Below are positions 53,040-62,951 of a stretch of DNA of 64,000 bases, piece after piece; within the stretch, counting starts at the first letter, position 1; every line of letters starts with the position of its first letter. The notes under the pieces were generated by a model, which did no database searches, was not told the origin of the DNA, and saw only the letters and a program-made list of their open reading frames with translations. The position numbers and the translations under genes were made by a program. Source of the DNA: a virus (taxonomy: Duplodnaviria > Caudoviricetes); the IMG/VR virus record IMGVR_UViG_3300050336_000035, positions 32,001-96,000 of that record, one strand, 5' to 3'.

Positions 53040-54989
53040 ATGCAAACAAAAATTGAAAGAATACAGAATTTAGTAAAAGAGCTTAATACATATAGAAATG
53101 AATACTATAATCTGAATAAACCAAGCATATCTGACTTAGAGTATGACACAAAGTTTGACGAACTTTCTAAGTTAGAGAAGGAACATGATTACATATTATC
53201 AGATAGCCCTACACAGAGCGTAGGATATGAAGTTAAATCAAAACTAAATAAGAGACAACATCCTACTCCATTAAAGTCACTTGACAAAACAAAGTCTATA
53301 GATGAATTAAATAAGTGGAAAAATGGTAAAGATACAATTCTGATGATAAAGGCAGATGGTCTTACAGTTGAATTAGATTATGAGAATGGACAGTTTATAA
53401 ATGGTTACACTAGGGGTAACGGAGAAATAGGAGAAGAAATAGGACACAATTGTAGAGTTTTTAAAAATATTCCTTTAACAATCCCATTCAAAGGAAAACT
53501 GCGTGTCTCAGGAGAAGCTATAATTCATTGGAATGACTTTAATAATATAAATTCTAAACTAACTGATGATGAAAAATATGCCACTCCAAGAAACTTAGTG
53601 AGTGGTTCAGTTAGACAATTAGATAGCAAAATATGTTCTCAGAGAAATGTTTATTTTTATGCTTTTAATATTTTAGAATGTGAAGATATGTTATATGATT
53701 CAAAATTTGAAAGATTTAATGGATTGTATAGATTAGGCTTTACAGTAATACCAACTATAAATTTATGGAATAATTCAATTACTGAAAATAATATAAATGA
53801 ATTAAAGAATCAAGCTAACAAATTAGGAATACCAATAGACGGGTTAGTAGCTAGTTATGACTCAGTTAAATATTCAAATAGTCTTCCTATAACATCACAT
53901 CATCCTTTACACAGTTTGGCGTTCAAATTTTACGATGAAACAGAAGAAACTATATTAAGAGATGTAGAATGGAATACTACAAGAAGTGGTCAGATTAATC
54001 CTACAGCTATATTTGATACAGTAATAATTGATGGTACAGAAGTAAGTAGAGCATCACTACATAATTTATCTATAATAGAAGGTTTACAATTAGATATAGG
54101 AAATCATATTTTAGTATCTAAGAGAAATCTCATAATCCCTCATGTAGAAGATAATCTTGATAGAGATGAGAATATCTTATCTTATCCTTCCGTATGTCCT
54201 TCATGTGGTGGTAAAACTAAAATAAGAAATACTGGAACAGCAGACTTCTTATTTTGTACTAATGATGATTGTTCAGCAAAGTTACTTAATAAGTTTGTAA
54301 ACTTCGTTAAGCGTGATGCAATGAATATTGAAGGATTATCTGAAGCTACACTTGAAAAATTTATAAACAAGGGTTGGCTACAGAAGTTTGATGATATTTA
54401 CTATCTTGATGAACATAAATCTGAAATAGTTAGAATGGAAGGATTTGGTTTAAAATCATATAATAATCTGATAGAGTCGATTGAAAAGTCAAAAAATGTT
54501 AAATTAGAAAACTTTCTTACAGCACTAGGTATTGAAGGTGTAGGACTATCTACAGCAAAGTTGTTAACAAAGAAATTTAAGACTATTGATAATTTACTTG
54601 GTGCAAGTAGAGCCGAATTTATGAACATTGATGGTATTGGTGAAATAACTGCTAATTCAATATATGAATATAGGCTATTACATATTGGAACAATTCAATG
54701 TTTGAGAGATAAAGTTAATATTATTGAAGAAGAAAAGAAGGAAATAATAAGTTCAGACTCACCATTCGCAGGGAAAAAGATTTACGGTACTGGTACATTT
54801 GCTAACTATAAAAAGGAAGAACTTAAAACATTACTTGAGAGTTTAGGTGCTGAATTTGCAAATGGTTATGCAAAGAGTCTTGATTACTTGATAGTAGGTA
54901 GTTTAAAGGGAAGTAGTAAGGAAGATAAGGCAAAGAAAGATGGAATATCAATATTAACTGAGGATAAATTTATTAAAATGTTAAAATAA
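53040..54989 (+). CDS. ligA: NAD+-dependent DNA ligase
   Basis: KADG adenylation motif, TRGNG, PRN...GS.RQLD, Zn finger, HhH, BRCT. Confidence 0.95.
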   Translation: MQTKIERIQNLVKELNTYRNEYYNLNKPSISDLEYDTKFDELSKLEKEHDYILSDSPTQSVGYEVKSKLNKRQHPTPLKSLDKTKSIDELNKWKNGKDTILMIKADGLTVELDYENGQFINGYTRGNGEIGEEIGHNCRVFKNIPLTIPFKGKLRVSGEAIIHWNDFNNINSKLTDDEKYATPRNLVSGSVRQLDSKICSQRNVYFYAFNILECEDMLYDSKFERFNGLYRLGFTVIPTINLWNNSITENNINELKNQANKLGIPIDGLVASYDSVKYSNSLPITSHHPLHSLAFKFYDETEETILRDVEWNTTRSGQINPTAIFDTVIIDGTEVSRASLHNLSIIEGLQLDIGNHILVSKRNLIIPHVEDNLDRDENILSYPSVCPSCGGKTKIRNTGTADFLFCTNDDCSAKLLNKFVNFVKRDAMNIEGLSEATLEKFINKGWLQKFDDIYYLDEHKSEIVRMEGFGLKSYNNLIESIEKSKNVKLENFLTALGIEGVGLSTAKLLTKKFKTIDNLLGASRAEFMNIDGIGEITANSIYEYRLLHIGTIQCLRDKVNIIEEEKKEIISSDSPFAGKKIYGTGTFANYKKEELKTLLESLGAEFANGYAKSLDYLIVGSLKGSSKEDKAKKDGISILTEDKFIKMLK

Positions 54990-55400
54990 TATAAAGGAGT
55001 GTTTGTAATGAATATTAAAATGAACAGATATGCAATTGTTACAAAAGAAAAGCCTTTTGAATTTGTAATGTCAGATTTACATCAAACAAATGATATTGAA
55101 AAAGCTATGTTAAATGATTCAGAAAAGATTTGCAATGATATTATTAAAAGTTTTTCATGTCCAAACGAATATGAAGTAATGAGAGTTGAAGTTATATATA
55201 AAATATAGAAAGCGAGTGATTATATGAAATATATGAAAATAAAAATGACAATGCCATTTAAGAAACATTGTCGAGAATGTACTGAGTACATAAAAAGAAA
55301 GTATAATACAATTGAAAGAATTATATGCTATAAAGGTACAAAAGAATTCTTTGAAATTGTATTTAAAAATGGTAAAAATAAATTTATCAAGGCTTATACA

Positions 55401-55622
55401 CTATGGCAGTTTGAACAATGTATTTAGTTCATGCTCAAGATTAGCTTTTGTTTCTAAATCAAATGTGTGGTCTATAATCAAAAAAGACGAATCTCCATTA
55501 GATTTAGTTTCAAAACTACAATATAACCCCTTTAGGGTAGGTATTTCTTGTACTTTACTATTTCGCATTTTAGTTTTTAGTTCTTTTTCTGATATGTTAA
55601 ATTTAAATACAGTATCAGGCAT
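55401..55622 (-). CDS. Small hypothetical protein on the minus strand
   Basis: Minus-strand SD GAAAGGATG before the ATG. Confidence 0.6.
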   Translation of the reverse strand: MPDTVFKFNISEKELKTKMRNSKVQEIPTLKGLYCSFETKSNGDSSFLIIDHTFDLETKANLEHELNTLFKLP

Positions 55623-55761
55623 TTGTCAACATCCTTTCATTTGCTATTTTAAATTTAGAATACCATATATTACATTTTTTAGCAATTAGTCTAATAACAA
55701 AATGCAATGAAGATTAATTTTATAGTATTATAAAAATAAAACATAAAAGGAGATATGTAAA

Positions 55762-56241
55762 ATGGGATTAGATATTACGGCATATAAAAATTTAAAGGCA
55801 GTACAAAATCCAGAAGTTGATGAGGATGGATATCCTGTTAATTGGGAAACAGAGTATAAAGCTGGAGCAAGTATGGATTGGTCAGAATCAGTATGGAAAG
55901 GTCGAGGTGAAGGTTTAGATTCACAGACAGTATATACATATGAAGATGAATATGATTTTAGAGCAGGAAGTTATTTTGGCTATGGTTCATGGAGAGAATC
56001 ACTAAATGAATTTAAGGGTGATACTGCTTTTCAGGAATTGATTGATTTTGCAGATAATGAAGGTGTTATAGGAAGTGTAGTTTCTAAAAAACTATTAAAT
56101 GATTTTGTAACATATAAAAAAGAAGCAGAAGAATTTTCTAAATCGTTAGGAGAAAATAGTGAATGGTGGTTTAATAAATATTGTGATTGGGAAAAGGCTT
56201 TTGAGTTTGCTTCCAACAATGGTTGTGTAGATTTTCATTAA
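55762..56241 (+). CDS. Hypothetical phage protein (MGLDI family)
   Basis: 159-aa ORF with SD. Confidence 0.8.
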   Translation: MGLDITAYKNLKAVQNPEVDEDGYPVNWETEYKAGASMDWSESVWKGRGEGLDSQTVYTYEDEYDFRAGSYFGYGSWRESLNEFKGDTAFQELIDFADNEGVIGSVVSKKLLNDFVTYKKEAEEFSKSLGENSEWWFNKYCDWEKAFEFASNNGCVDFH

Positions 56242-56303
56242 AACCACATAAAAGGTCAGTTCTATGGCAATATTAAAATAAATATTAATGAAGGAGAAAT
56301 AAA

Positions 56304-57960
56304 ATGACACTCAAAGAATTAAATGAAATTTTTACAACTTGTAAAGAAGAATGTGCTGGTACTGGTGTAGGTTGTGTAGCAATACAAGTTCGTATGGATG
56401 GTTTTCCAGAAGATGAAATAATAGTCAATAAGTATGAAAATATAGATACAAAATTAGACTATTATAATAAAACTTATGATGAAAATTGTAATCACAAGTT
56501 TGCAAAAGGTATTCGTATTGTTAATGCAACTTGGACGTATTACTTTGATGAAATTGGTTTGTCTTTGGCAGGAGAATAAACATGACCAAATGTTAGATTC
56601 GTGTAAAGTTATTAAAATAAATTATTTATAAAGGAGATTATTATGGGTATCGGAATAAGTAATGTAAGTAGTTTTCAAATGATAAATACTAAAACTGGAG
56701 AAGTTGTATTATCAGGCAATGTTAATAATTTAAATGTAAAGGAGAATATTAAAATGGAAGAGAAATTAAACAAGTATTTAGTAGAAAATGAAATTAAGGT
56801 TGATGAAAATGGAAATTTTGAAATGTTTGTTGTGGTTGATGCAGATGATAAAGACCATACAGTAGGTACAATATTTAATGGAAAAGAAACAGAAGTATAT
56901 TCTGAAGAGAGAGCATATGAAGATTTGAAAGAAAATAATGTAGGAGGTTATATTTCTTCTAATCCTTTTTTATTTAACATACCAACGTTATTTTCATCAA
57001 AAGTTGAACCAAAAAAGAAAACTACTATCAGAGATGATTTATTAAAACTTGAAGATAAGATGTTTAAAGTATTGGTTAATGTAGAAAATATAACTGATTT
57101 AATAGGAAGAGTCGTATATGTTAATAAATATAAGGTTTTAGAAGAAATAGTTTTAAATTCAACATTAAAGTACAAAGTAAAATCAATTAGTTCGGATAAA
57201 GTTACTGTTTTACTTTACAATAGCTTAACTGAGAAATCAAAAACAATTGAAATTGATTGCAATAGCGAAGTAAATTCTTTAGAAGATGTAAAAGAATTAA
57301 TTAATAAGTATCTTGAGAATGATGAAAAGAAAGTAGCCTTAATTAATTCAATAATTGAAGATGGAGCAGAGCTATAAATTATTTTGACCAAAAGGAGATT
57401 CTATAATATTATGAATAAATTTTTTAAATGGGCAGGATTATTATTTTTTGTTGCAATTGCAACTGAACTGGTATTATACATATTAGGCAAATACACACCT
57501 TCAAATTTTAGTATAGGAACATATATGTTTATTACAGCAATTTCATTTTTAGAGATGTTTATGGAATATAGAAAGAATAACAAATAAGTTTATAATACAA
57601 ATATAAATATAATTTTAATTAAAGAAAAGGAGACTAAATAAAATGGTAAATGTAAGTGATAATTATAAGTTAGTAAACATGGAGATTGATGGTGAAGAAA
57701 GAACAGAAAGACTTGATGAAAAGCCTTGGAATGTAATGGAAGTTGAGTTTGAAGGAAAGACTACAACGATTCAGGAAGGTGATGAAATTAGGTTTGTAGT
57801 AGAAACTGGTGAAATTATTGAAGGAGTTCTCAATAAGATATCTGGTAAAGCTGAAAAGACTAAACTACAGATTAATCCCTTTGGTAAGGAATATGAACAG
57901 ATTTGGTCGGTAGTTTCAATTAAGGAAGGTACATTGAAGGTTATTGAACAGGAAAAGTAA
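56304..57960 (+). other. Hypothetical genes (56304, 56643, ~57411, 57643)
   Basis: ORF track and SD sites. Confidence 0.7.
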
Positions 57961-57976
57961 GAGAGGATGATAAAAT

Positions 57977-58228
57977 ATGAAATTAAATGAAACAGCAGAA
58001 ATGATGAATAGTGCAGATTATAAGGAAAGATTTAGAGCAGAATATTTACAGTTAAAAATAAGAATGGAAGGATTAAGTGCTATGCTTAAAAAATATAAAT
58101 CTGGTGAACTTAATTTTACTCCATCTTGTAGTTATGATTTACTAAATGGACAATATAAGGCTATGGATTTGTATGCTTCATACCTTGAAGAACGTGCAGT
58201 TATTGAAAATATTGATTTAGAATTCTAA
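57977..58228 (+). CDS. crAss001_48-like helical phage protein
   Basis: M.S.DYKERF.AEY.QLKIR...L..Q...M..Y...LEERA. Confidence 0.7.
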   Translation: MKLNETAEMMNSADYKERFRAEYLQLKIRMEGLSAMLKKYKSGELNFTPSCSYDLLNGQYKAMDLYASYLEERAVIENIDLEF

Positions 58229-58470
58229 GAAAATAAAATAATAGGAGTACATAATGAAAATGAAAGCAAATATTAAGCGTCCAATAAAACGCTGTCAATC
58301 TCCACCTATAGTATAATTATAAAAATATGTGTGTATTTATACCAATATAATGCCTATTACAAGACTTAAAAATGTATAGACATACAGAATAATGTGATGA
58401 AATGAATATTTTATCGTAAGTTAGTTAAAAACAATATTAAAATAATTTATAATAAGGAGATTACATATTT

Positions 58471-59694
58471 ATGGCTAAAAAGAATGAACCAGTCCAAGTT
58501 AAAAAGGGTATTAGTACATTTAATCTCGTAGGTAAGGCTATTGTGAAAGATTATACTTTTACAATAGATGCTTCATCTAATAATTCTGATTGGGTTTACA
58601 ATAGATTAAATTTACAAGTTGATTGTGGTTCTAATGGAATCATAAATGCAGAATTAATGGGTGGTTATGGTTCTGATAAGAAAAGAGAAAATAAAATTTA
58701 TGTACATGGTAAAAAGAAAAATGAAGAAGGTAAAGATGTAGATGATTATTCAAATCAATTTACTATTGATTGGGATGATAGACTAGACGAAGATATGTTT
58801 GAAGAAATTGGAGATAATTGTTTTCTTACCATAGGTCTTGAAAAAGAGAAGAAAGGTGAAACTTTCTATAAGAAATTTCTTTCAGCATACGATGCAATTG
58901 AATATGTAAAAGAACATCTTGAAGACGGTACAGTAATTAATGTTAAGGGTAGTCTTAATTATAGTGAATATAAGGGTAATACTCAAATTAAAAAGGAAAT
59001 TACTTCAATTGCTCTATCTAAGGTTGCCGATGACAAAGATTTTAAAGCAGTATTCCAACAGACAGTTCTTATTGATAAAGATAGTATTCAGAAATATGAT
59101 TCTGAAAAAAATGCTTTTCCAATAGAATGTTATATTCCTGAATATGTATCAAAGATTCAAACAGAAAATAGTAAGATTGATGTCCCTAAAGAAAAGAGAA
59201 ATATACTTTTCAAAAAGACATTTGATTATGATTGTGGAAATAAAGAATCTGATAGAATACTTACATTTCTTAAAAAGCATTTTTCAGCAAAAAAGGATAA
59301 TGTACATGAAGTTGCTTTTGAGGGTATTATCACCAAGAGTGGTTCATTACAGACTGTAACATTAGAAGATTTACCTGATGATATTCAGGAACTTGTTGAA
59401 ATAGGTGCTTTTACTGAGGAAGAAGCAATTGAGAAGTGTGTTGGAAATGGTAATAAGGTTGAGAATTATATATTCAAAGTACCTAAGATTAAAAAAGTTG
59501 GGGAAGAGAAGACTCCTACCATTGATAAAACAGAAGATAAATATAAATTTGAAGATTTAAGATTTTACTCTGCTTTGGTAAAGGAATTAGTCCCAGATGA
59601 AGATTCTGAAGATGAAGATAGTGAAAATGATAGCGAAGATTCATCAGATGAATTAGATATGGATGCATTGCTTAATGAATTAGACGAAGATTGA
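58471..59694 (+). CDS. Putative ssDNA-binding/replication protein
   Basis: OB-like beta-rich sequence, acidic C-terminal tail, first gene of the replication operon. Confidence 0.6.
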   Translation: MAKKNEPVQVKKGISTFNLVGKAIVKDYTFTIDASSNNSDWVYNRLNLQVDCGSNGIINAELMGGYGSDKKRENKIYVHGKKKNEEGKDVDDYSNQFTIDWDDRLDEDMFEEIGDNCFLTIGLEKEKKGETFYKKFLSAYDAIEYVKEHLEDGTVINVKGSLNYSEYKGNTQIKKEITSIALSKVADDKDFKAVFQQTVLIDKDSIQKYDSEKNAFPIECYIPEYVSKIQTENSKIDVPKEKRNILFKKTFDYDCGNKESDRILTFLKKHFSAKKDNVHEVAFEGIITKSGSLQTVTLEDLPDDIQELVEIGAFTEEEAIEKCVGNGNKVENYIFKVPKIKKVGEEKTPTIDKTEDKYKFEDLRFYSALVKELVPDEDSEDEDSENDSEDSSDELDMDALLNELDED

Positions 59695-59749
59695 TTTCTT
59701 CGTCTAACCTTCCTATAATAATTAGAATTTAAAATAAAGGAGATTTGAT

Positions 59750-60886
59750 ATGGCTAAATTTGGTAAGAAGAATGTTATTAAAATAGACCCCTTAGCATAT
59801 AATATTTGTTTGTTAGGTGAACCTAAGATTGGAAAAACTACTGTTATTAAAGAGACTTTAGATAAATTAGTTGGAGAAGATGGATATATATTTCTAGAAA
59901 TGGCAGGAGAAGCAGGAGCAGATGCTATCAATGGTATAGTTTATGAAGATGTTGATGACTGGGATGATTTAGAAAGTATTATAGATGACATAGAAACAAA
60001 TAGAAATACAGATTATGCTGGTTTAAAATCTATTGTTGCCGATACATATGACGGATGGATTAAATTAGCTGAAAAAGAAGCTATTCGCTTATGGAATAGA
60101 GACCATCAAGATAAGAAAGCAGATTCTATAGATGCATCGTGGAATGGTTTCCAAAAAGGTCAGGCAAAAGCATTTGAATTAATGTTTGATATTGTTGTAA
60201 GATTAAGAAAAATTGGTATTTCAATGATTATTATTGGTCATGTAAAAAATAGAGATGTTACTGATATAGCAACTGGTACTACATATCAAACATTGACTTC
60301 TGATGTTGAGAAAATATATTTCAATCTTTTGAAGAAGAAAATGCACTTTATAGGTCTTGCATATTATGATAGAACCATTATTACTGAAAAAACAGGTAAG
60401 AAAAATATTGTTACTAAGAAAGAAGAAACAGTAAATAAAATAGCTGAAGAAAGTAGAAAAATTAAATTTAGAGATGACAACATGGCTTTGGATAGTGGTA
60501 GTAGATTTGCAGATATAATAGAAGAAATACCACTCGATGCAGATGCTTTAATTAATGCTCTTAGAGATGCAATAAAAGCAGAGTTTGAAAAAAGAGATAT
60601 TAATAAGTCAATAGATGAAATTCAAAAAGAGCAGGAATTAGCTAAAGAAACAAAAGTTAAGGAAAATATAGAAAAAATTCAAGAAAAGAAGCAACTTGAA
60701 AATGATTCTTCTGAATTTGAAACCTTAAAAGAAAAGATTGGAGAATTTATCAAAGATAATAAATTAGACAATCCTATGATACTTAAACCTGTTTTAAAAG
60801 CAATGACCGCTTATGGCTATAAGAGTGCATCTAAAATTGAAACTCTCGAACATGCGAGAGAAATTGCAGATTTAATTGTTGAGTAA
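59750..60886 (+). CDS. AAA/Sak4-like ATPase
   Basis: GEPKIGKTT Walker A, IVADT Walker B, IIIGH. Confidence 0.85.
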   Translation: MAKFGKKNVIKIDPLAYNICLLGEPKIGKTTVIKETLDKLVGEDGYIFLEMAGEAGADAINGIVYEDVDDWDDLESIIDDIETNRNTDYAGLKSIVADTYDGWIKLAEKEAIRLWNRDHQDKKADSIDASWNGFQKGQAKAFELMFDIVVRLRKIGISMIIIGHVKNRDVTDIATGTTYQTLTSDVEKIYFNLLKKKMHFIGLAYYDRTIITEKTGKKNIVTKKEETVNKIAEESRKIKFRDDNMALDSGSRFADIIEEIPLDADALINALRDAIKAEFEKRDINKSIDEIQKEQELAKETKVKENIEKIQEKKQLENDSSEFETLKEKIGEFIKDNKLDNPMILKPVLKAMTAYGYKSASKIETLEHAREIADLIVE

Positions 60887-60955
60887 TTATTAAAATAATA
60901 TATGAGTAGGTAATGAAATTAGTAGTTGCCTACTCATAATAATATAGGTGATATT

Positions 60956-61387
60956 ATGGCAAAAGATTTAGATTGGGATGAATTATATAATTACGTTAAA
61001 ATAGAAATATTAAATTATACTGATAAAAAAATGCCTAAAGATATGATTTTGCGACTAATTGGCTTAAAAGATGGAAAATTTTTTGCCAACAATAATGTAA
61101 AAATAGAAGCTAAATATGACTACAAACTTATTTTATTAACTTTCAAATTAATGAAAGGAACGATTTTAAATTATTTAAATTCCGTAGAATTTAAAGATGA
61201 AAGACATAAGATAAATTGTATAATGAAAATAATTGAATCTGAAATTAATAATGTTAAAGATAGGATTGAATCTAAAAAAAAGAGTGAAGAAAAATTATTA
61301 GAAACAGATTTTTCTCATCAGGTTCATGAACAATCAAACTATACAAAAAAATCAACACAAACGGGGAAATTAAAAAATTTATGGTAA
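60956..61387 (+). CDS. Hypothetical replication-region protein
   Basis: ORF between the ATPase and the helicase; SD before ATG 60956. Confidence 0.7.
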   Translation: MAKDLDWDELYNYVKIEILNYTDKKMPKDMILRLIGLKDGKFFANNNVKIEAKYDYKLILLTFKLMKGTILNYLNSVEFKDERHKINCIMKIIESEINNVKDRIESKKKSEEKLLETDFSHQVHEQSNYTKKSTQTGKLKNLW

Positions 61388-61391
61388 TGGA

Positions 61392-62912
61392 GTGGATAGT
61401 TTGACAACGGCTAAAACTAGCAAAGAAAAAAAGAAATTAACTCCTTATCAAGAAGAGTTAATAGAGACTATAAAAAAAATAAAAGAATTCAAATTGGCTG
61501 TAGAAGCAAATGTTGTATCAATTTTATGGTCAAATAAAGATTTATATTATACATATTTTAATCTTAAATTATCAGATTTTAGTAGTAATGTTTGGAAGGT
61601 TTTTTGGCAAATTGGATATGATGTGGTTATTAAAGAAAATAAAGTACTAGATGAAATAACAATTAATTTTTATTTAGAAAAACATGCAAAGTTAAAGGAA
61701 AAATATATAGAATATGGTGGATATGAAACTATTGAAAAAGCTAATGAATACATAAATAAAGATAACATTGATGGCTATGTTAAAGAATTATATAAATGGA
61801 ATACCGTTTTAGCGATGGCAAAAGAAGGATTCCCTGTTTCTAATAGATTAAGTGAATTAACTGACATGAGTATAGATGATATATATGATGAATATGAAGC
61901 AAAATTAAATCATTTGTTTATTAATGCTGAAACAGAGATAAAAAGTTATAGCTTATCTGATGGTTTGGATGAATTAATTGAAAAATTAGATGAGGGTATG
62001 GCTGTGGGAATGCCTTATTATAATATGCCATTAGTTAATAAGGATACAGGTGGACAACAACTTGGAAGTATTACTATGTTGGCAGGAGTAAGCAATGTGG
62101 GTAAATCAACAGTTGCAAGAAGTATGACAATTCCAGCATGTATTGATTTTAATGAACCATTAATAATTATGATTAATGAGGAAGGTAAGGAAAAATGGCA
62201 AAGAGAAATGCTTGTATGGACAGCTAATAATATATATAAAGAAGATTTACAAAAATATATTGTTCGAGATGGAAAATTTACACCAGAAGTTAAATCATTA
62301 TTAAAGAAATGTGCTAGTTGGATAAAAGAAAAAGACAAAGATAAAACAATTAGAATTATTCCTTTTCCAAAATATAAAACTTCTACAGCTATTAAAGTAA
62401 TAAATAAATATTCAGCTCTAGGCGTTAAATATTTTATACTAGATACATTTAAAGCTGATTCGGGGAATATTTCAGCACAAACATGGTTAGAAATGCAACA
62501 AAATATGGTTGATATTAATGATGCTGTTAAGCCAGAATCAAAAAATGTACATATTTTTATAACCTTACAATTGCATAAAGGGTCTACTCGACAAAGATAT
62601 TATACACTAGATAATATTGGAGTTTCTAAAAATGTGGTTGACGTTGCATCAACTGTAATCATGGTGAGAGATTTATATGATGATGAATATGAAGGTGAAA
62701 AACACGCATTAAAGGTTTTTAGATTGGATGGTAAAAAAAATGCCACACAAATTCCTGTACATTTAAATGATAAAAAAAAGACTTATCAAATCATATTTAT
62801 TGTTAAAACAAGGGAAGGGGCAGCTAATGCATATCAGATAGTTATTGAACACGATAAGTCAAGAAATATAATTAAAGAAATTGGTGTAACAAATGTTCCA
62901 ATGGATTTTTAA
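61392..62912 (+). CDS. DnaB-like replicative helicase
   Basis: GVSNVGKST, NEE, FILDTFK, TLQL, IVKTREG. Confidence 0.85.
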   Translation: MDSLTTAKTSKEKKKLTPYQEELIETIKKIKEFKLAVEANVVSILWSNKDLYYTYFNLKLSDFSSNVWKVFWQIGYDVVIKENKVLDEITINFYLEKHAKLKEKYIEYGGYETIEKANEYINKDNIDGYVKELYKWNTVLAMAKEGFPVSNRLSELTDMSIDDIYDEYEAKLNHLFINAETEIKSYSLSDGLDELIEKLDEGMAVGMPYYNMPLVNKDTGGQQLGSITMLAGVSNVGKSTVARSMTIPACIDFNEPLIIMINEEGKEKWQREMLVWTANNIYKEDLQKYIVRDGKFTPEVKSLLKKCASWIKEKDKDKTIRIIPFPKYKTSTAIKVINKYSALGVKYFILDTFKADSGNISAQTWLEMQQNMVDINDAVKPESKNVHIFITLQLHKGSTRQRYYTLDNIGVSKNVVDVASTVIMVRDLYDDEYEGEKHALKVFRLDGKKNATQIPVHLNDKKKTYQIIFIVKTREGAANAYQIVIEHDKSRNIIKEIGVTNVPMDF

Positions 62913-62951
62913 ATTATTAATATAATTAATCGAAAGGATGTGTGAAGGTGA

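Larger units (their letters stand above)
1333..58414. repeat. Dispersed 18-bp dyad (6-6-6), ~60 copies at accessory-gene boundaries
   Basis: e.g. 2290 ATGAAA-TCAGCC-TTTTAT, 2664 ATAAAA-GAAGGC-TTTTAT, 7503 ATAGAA-GGTGGA-TTTGGT, 8433 ATGAAA-GTATAA-TTTCAT, 23907 ACCAAA-ATCCTA-TTTTAT, 38529 ATGAAA-GACATA-TTTCAT, 44370 ACCAAA-TGACAC-TTCTAT, 58397 ATGAAA-TGAATA-TTTTAT. Confidence 0.85.
1377..62926 (+). promoter_or_regulatory. Dispersed 12-bp operator-like motif TATTAA(A/T)ATAAT, ~21 copies
   Basis: 1377, 8483, 12622, 15576, 17411, 21068, 21361, 24413, 25214, 32555, 34200, 34772, 39319, 41822, 42601, 50207, 51674, 51702, 58435, 60888, 62915; intergenic or at stop codons, often beside -35 boxes. Confidence 0.7.

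Noticed and set aside
1333-58414. Dyads as intrinsic terminators
   Set aside because: Arms are AT-rich and often non-complementary (e.g. ATAGAA/TTTGGT), with fixed 6-bp spacing and no consistent U tract
565-62338. Most minus-strand ORFs and nested alternative-frame ORFs in the track (e.g. 10515-10847, 27630-28103, 54182-54628, 58940-59359, 62018-62338)
   Set aside because: Shadows of well-supported + strand genes, without SD sites; only 32206-32451 and 55401-55622 were kept
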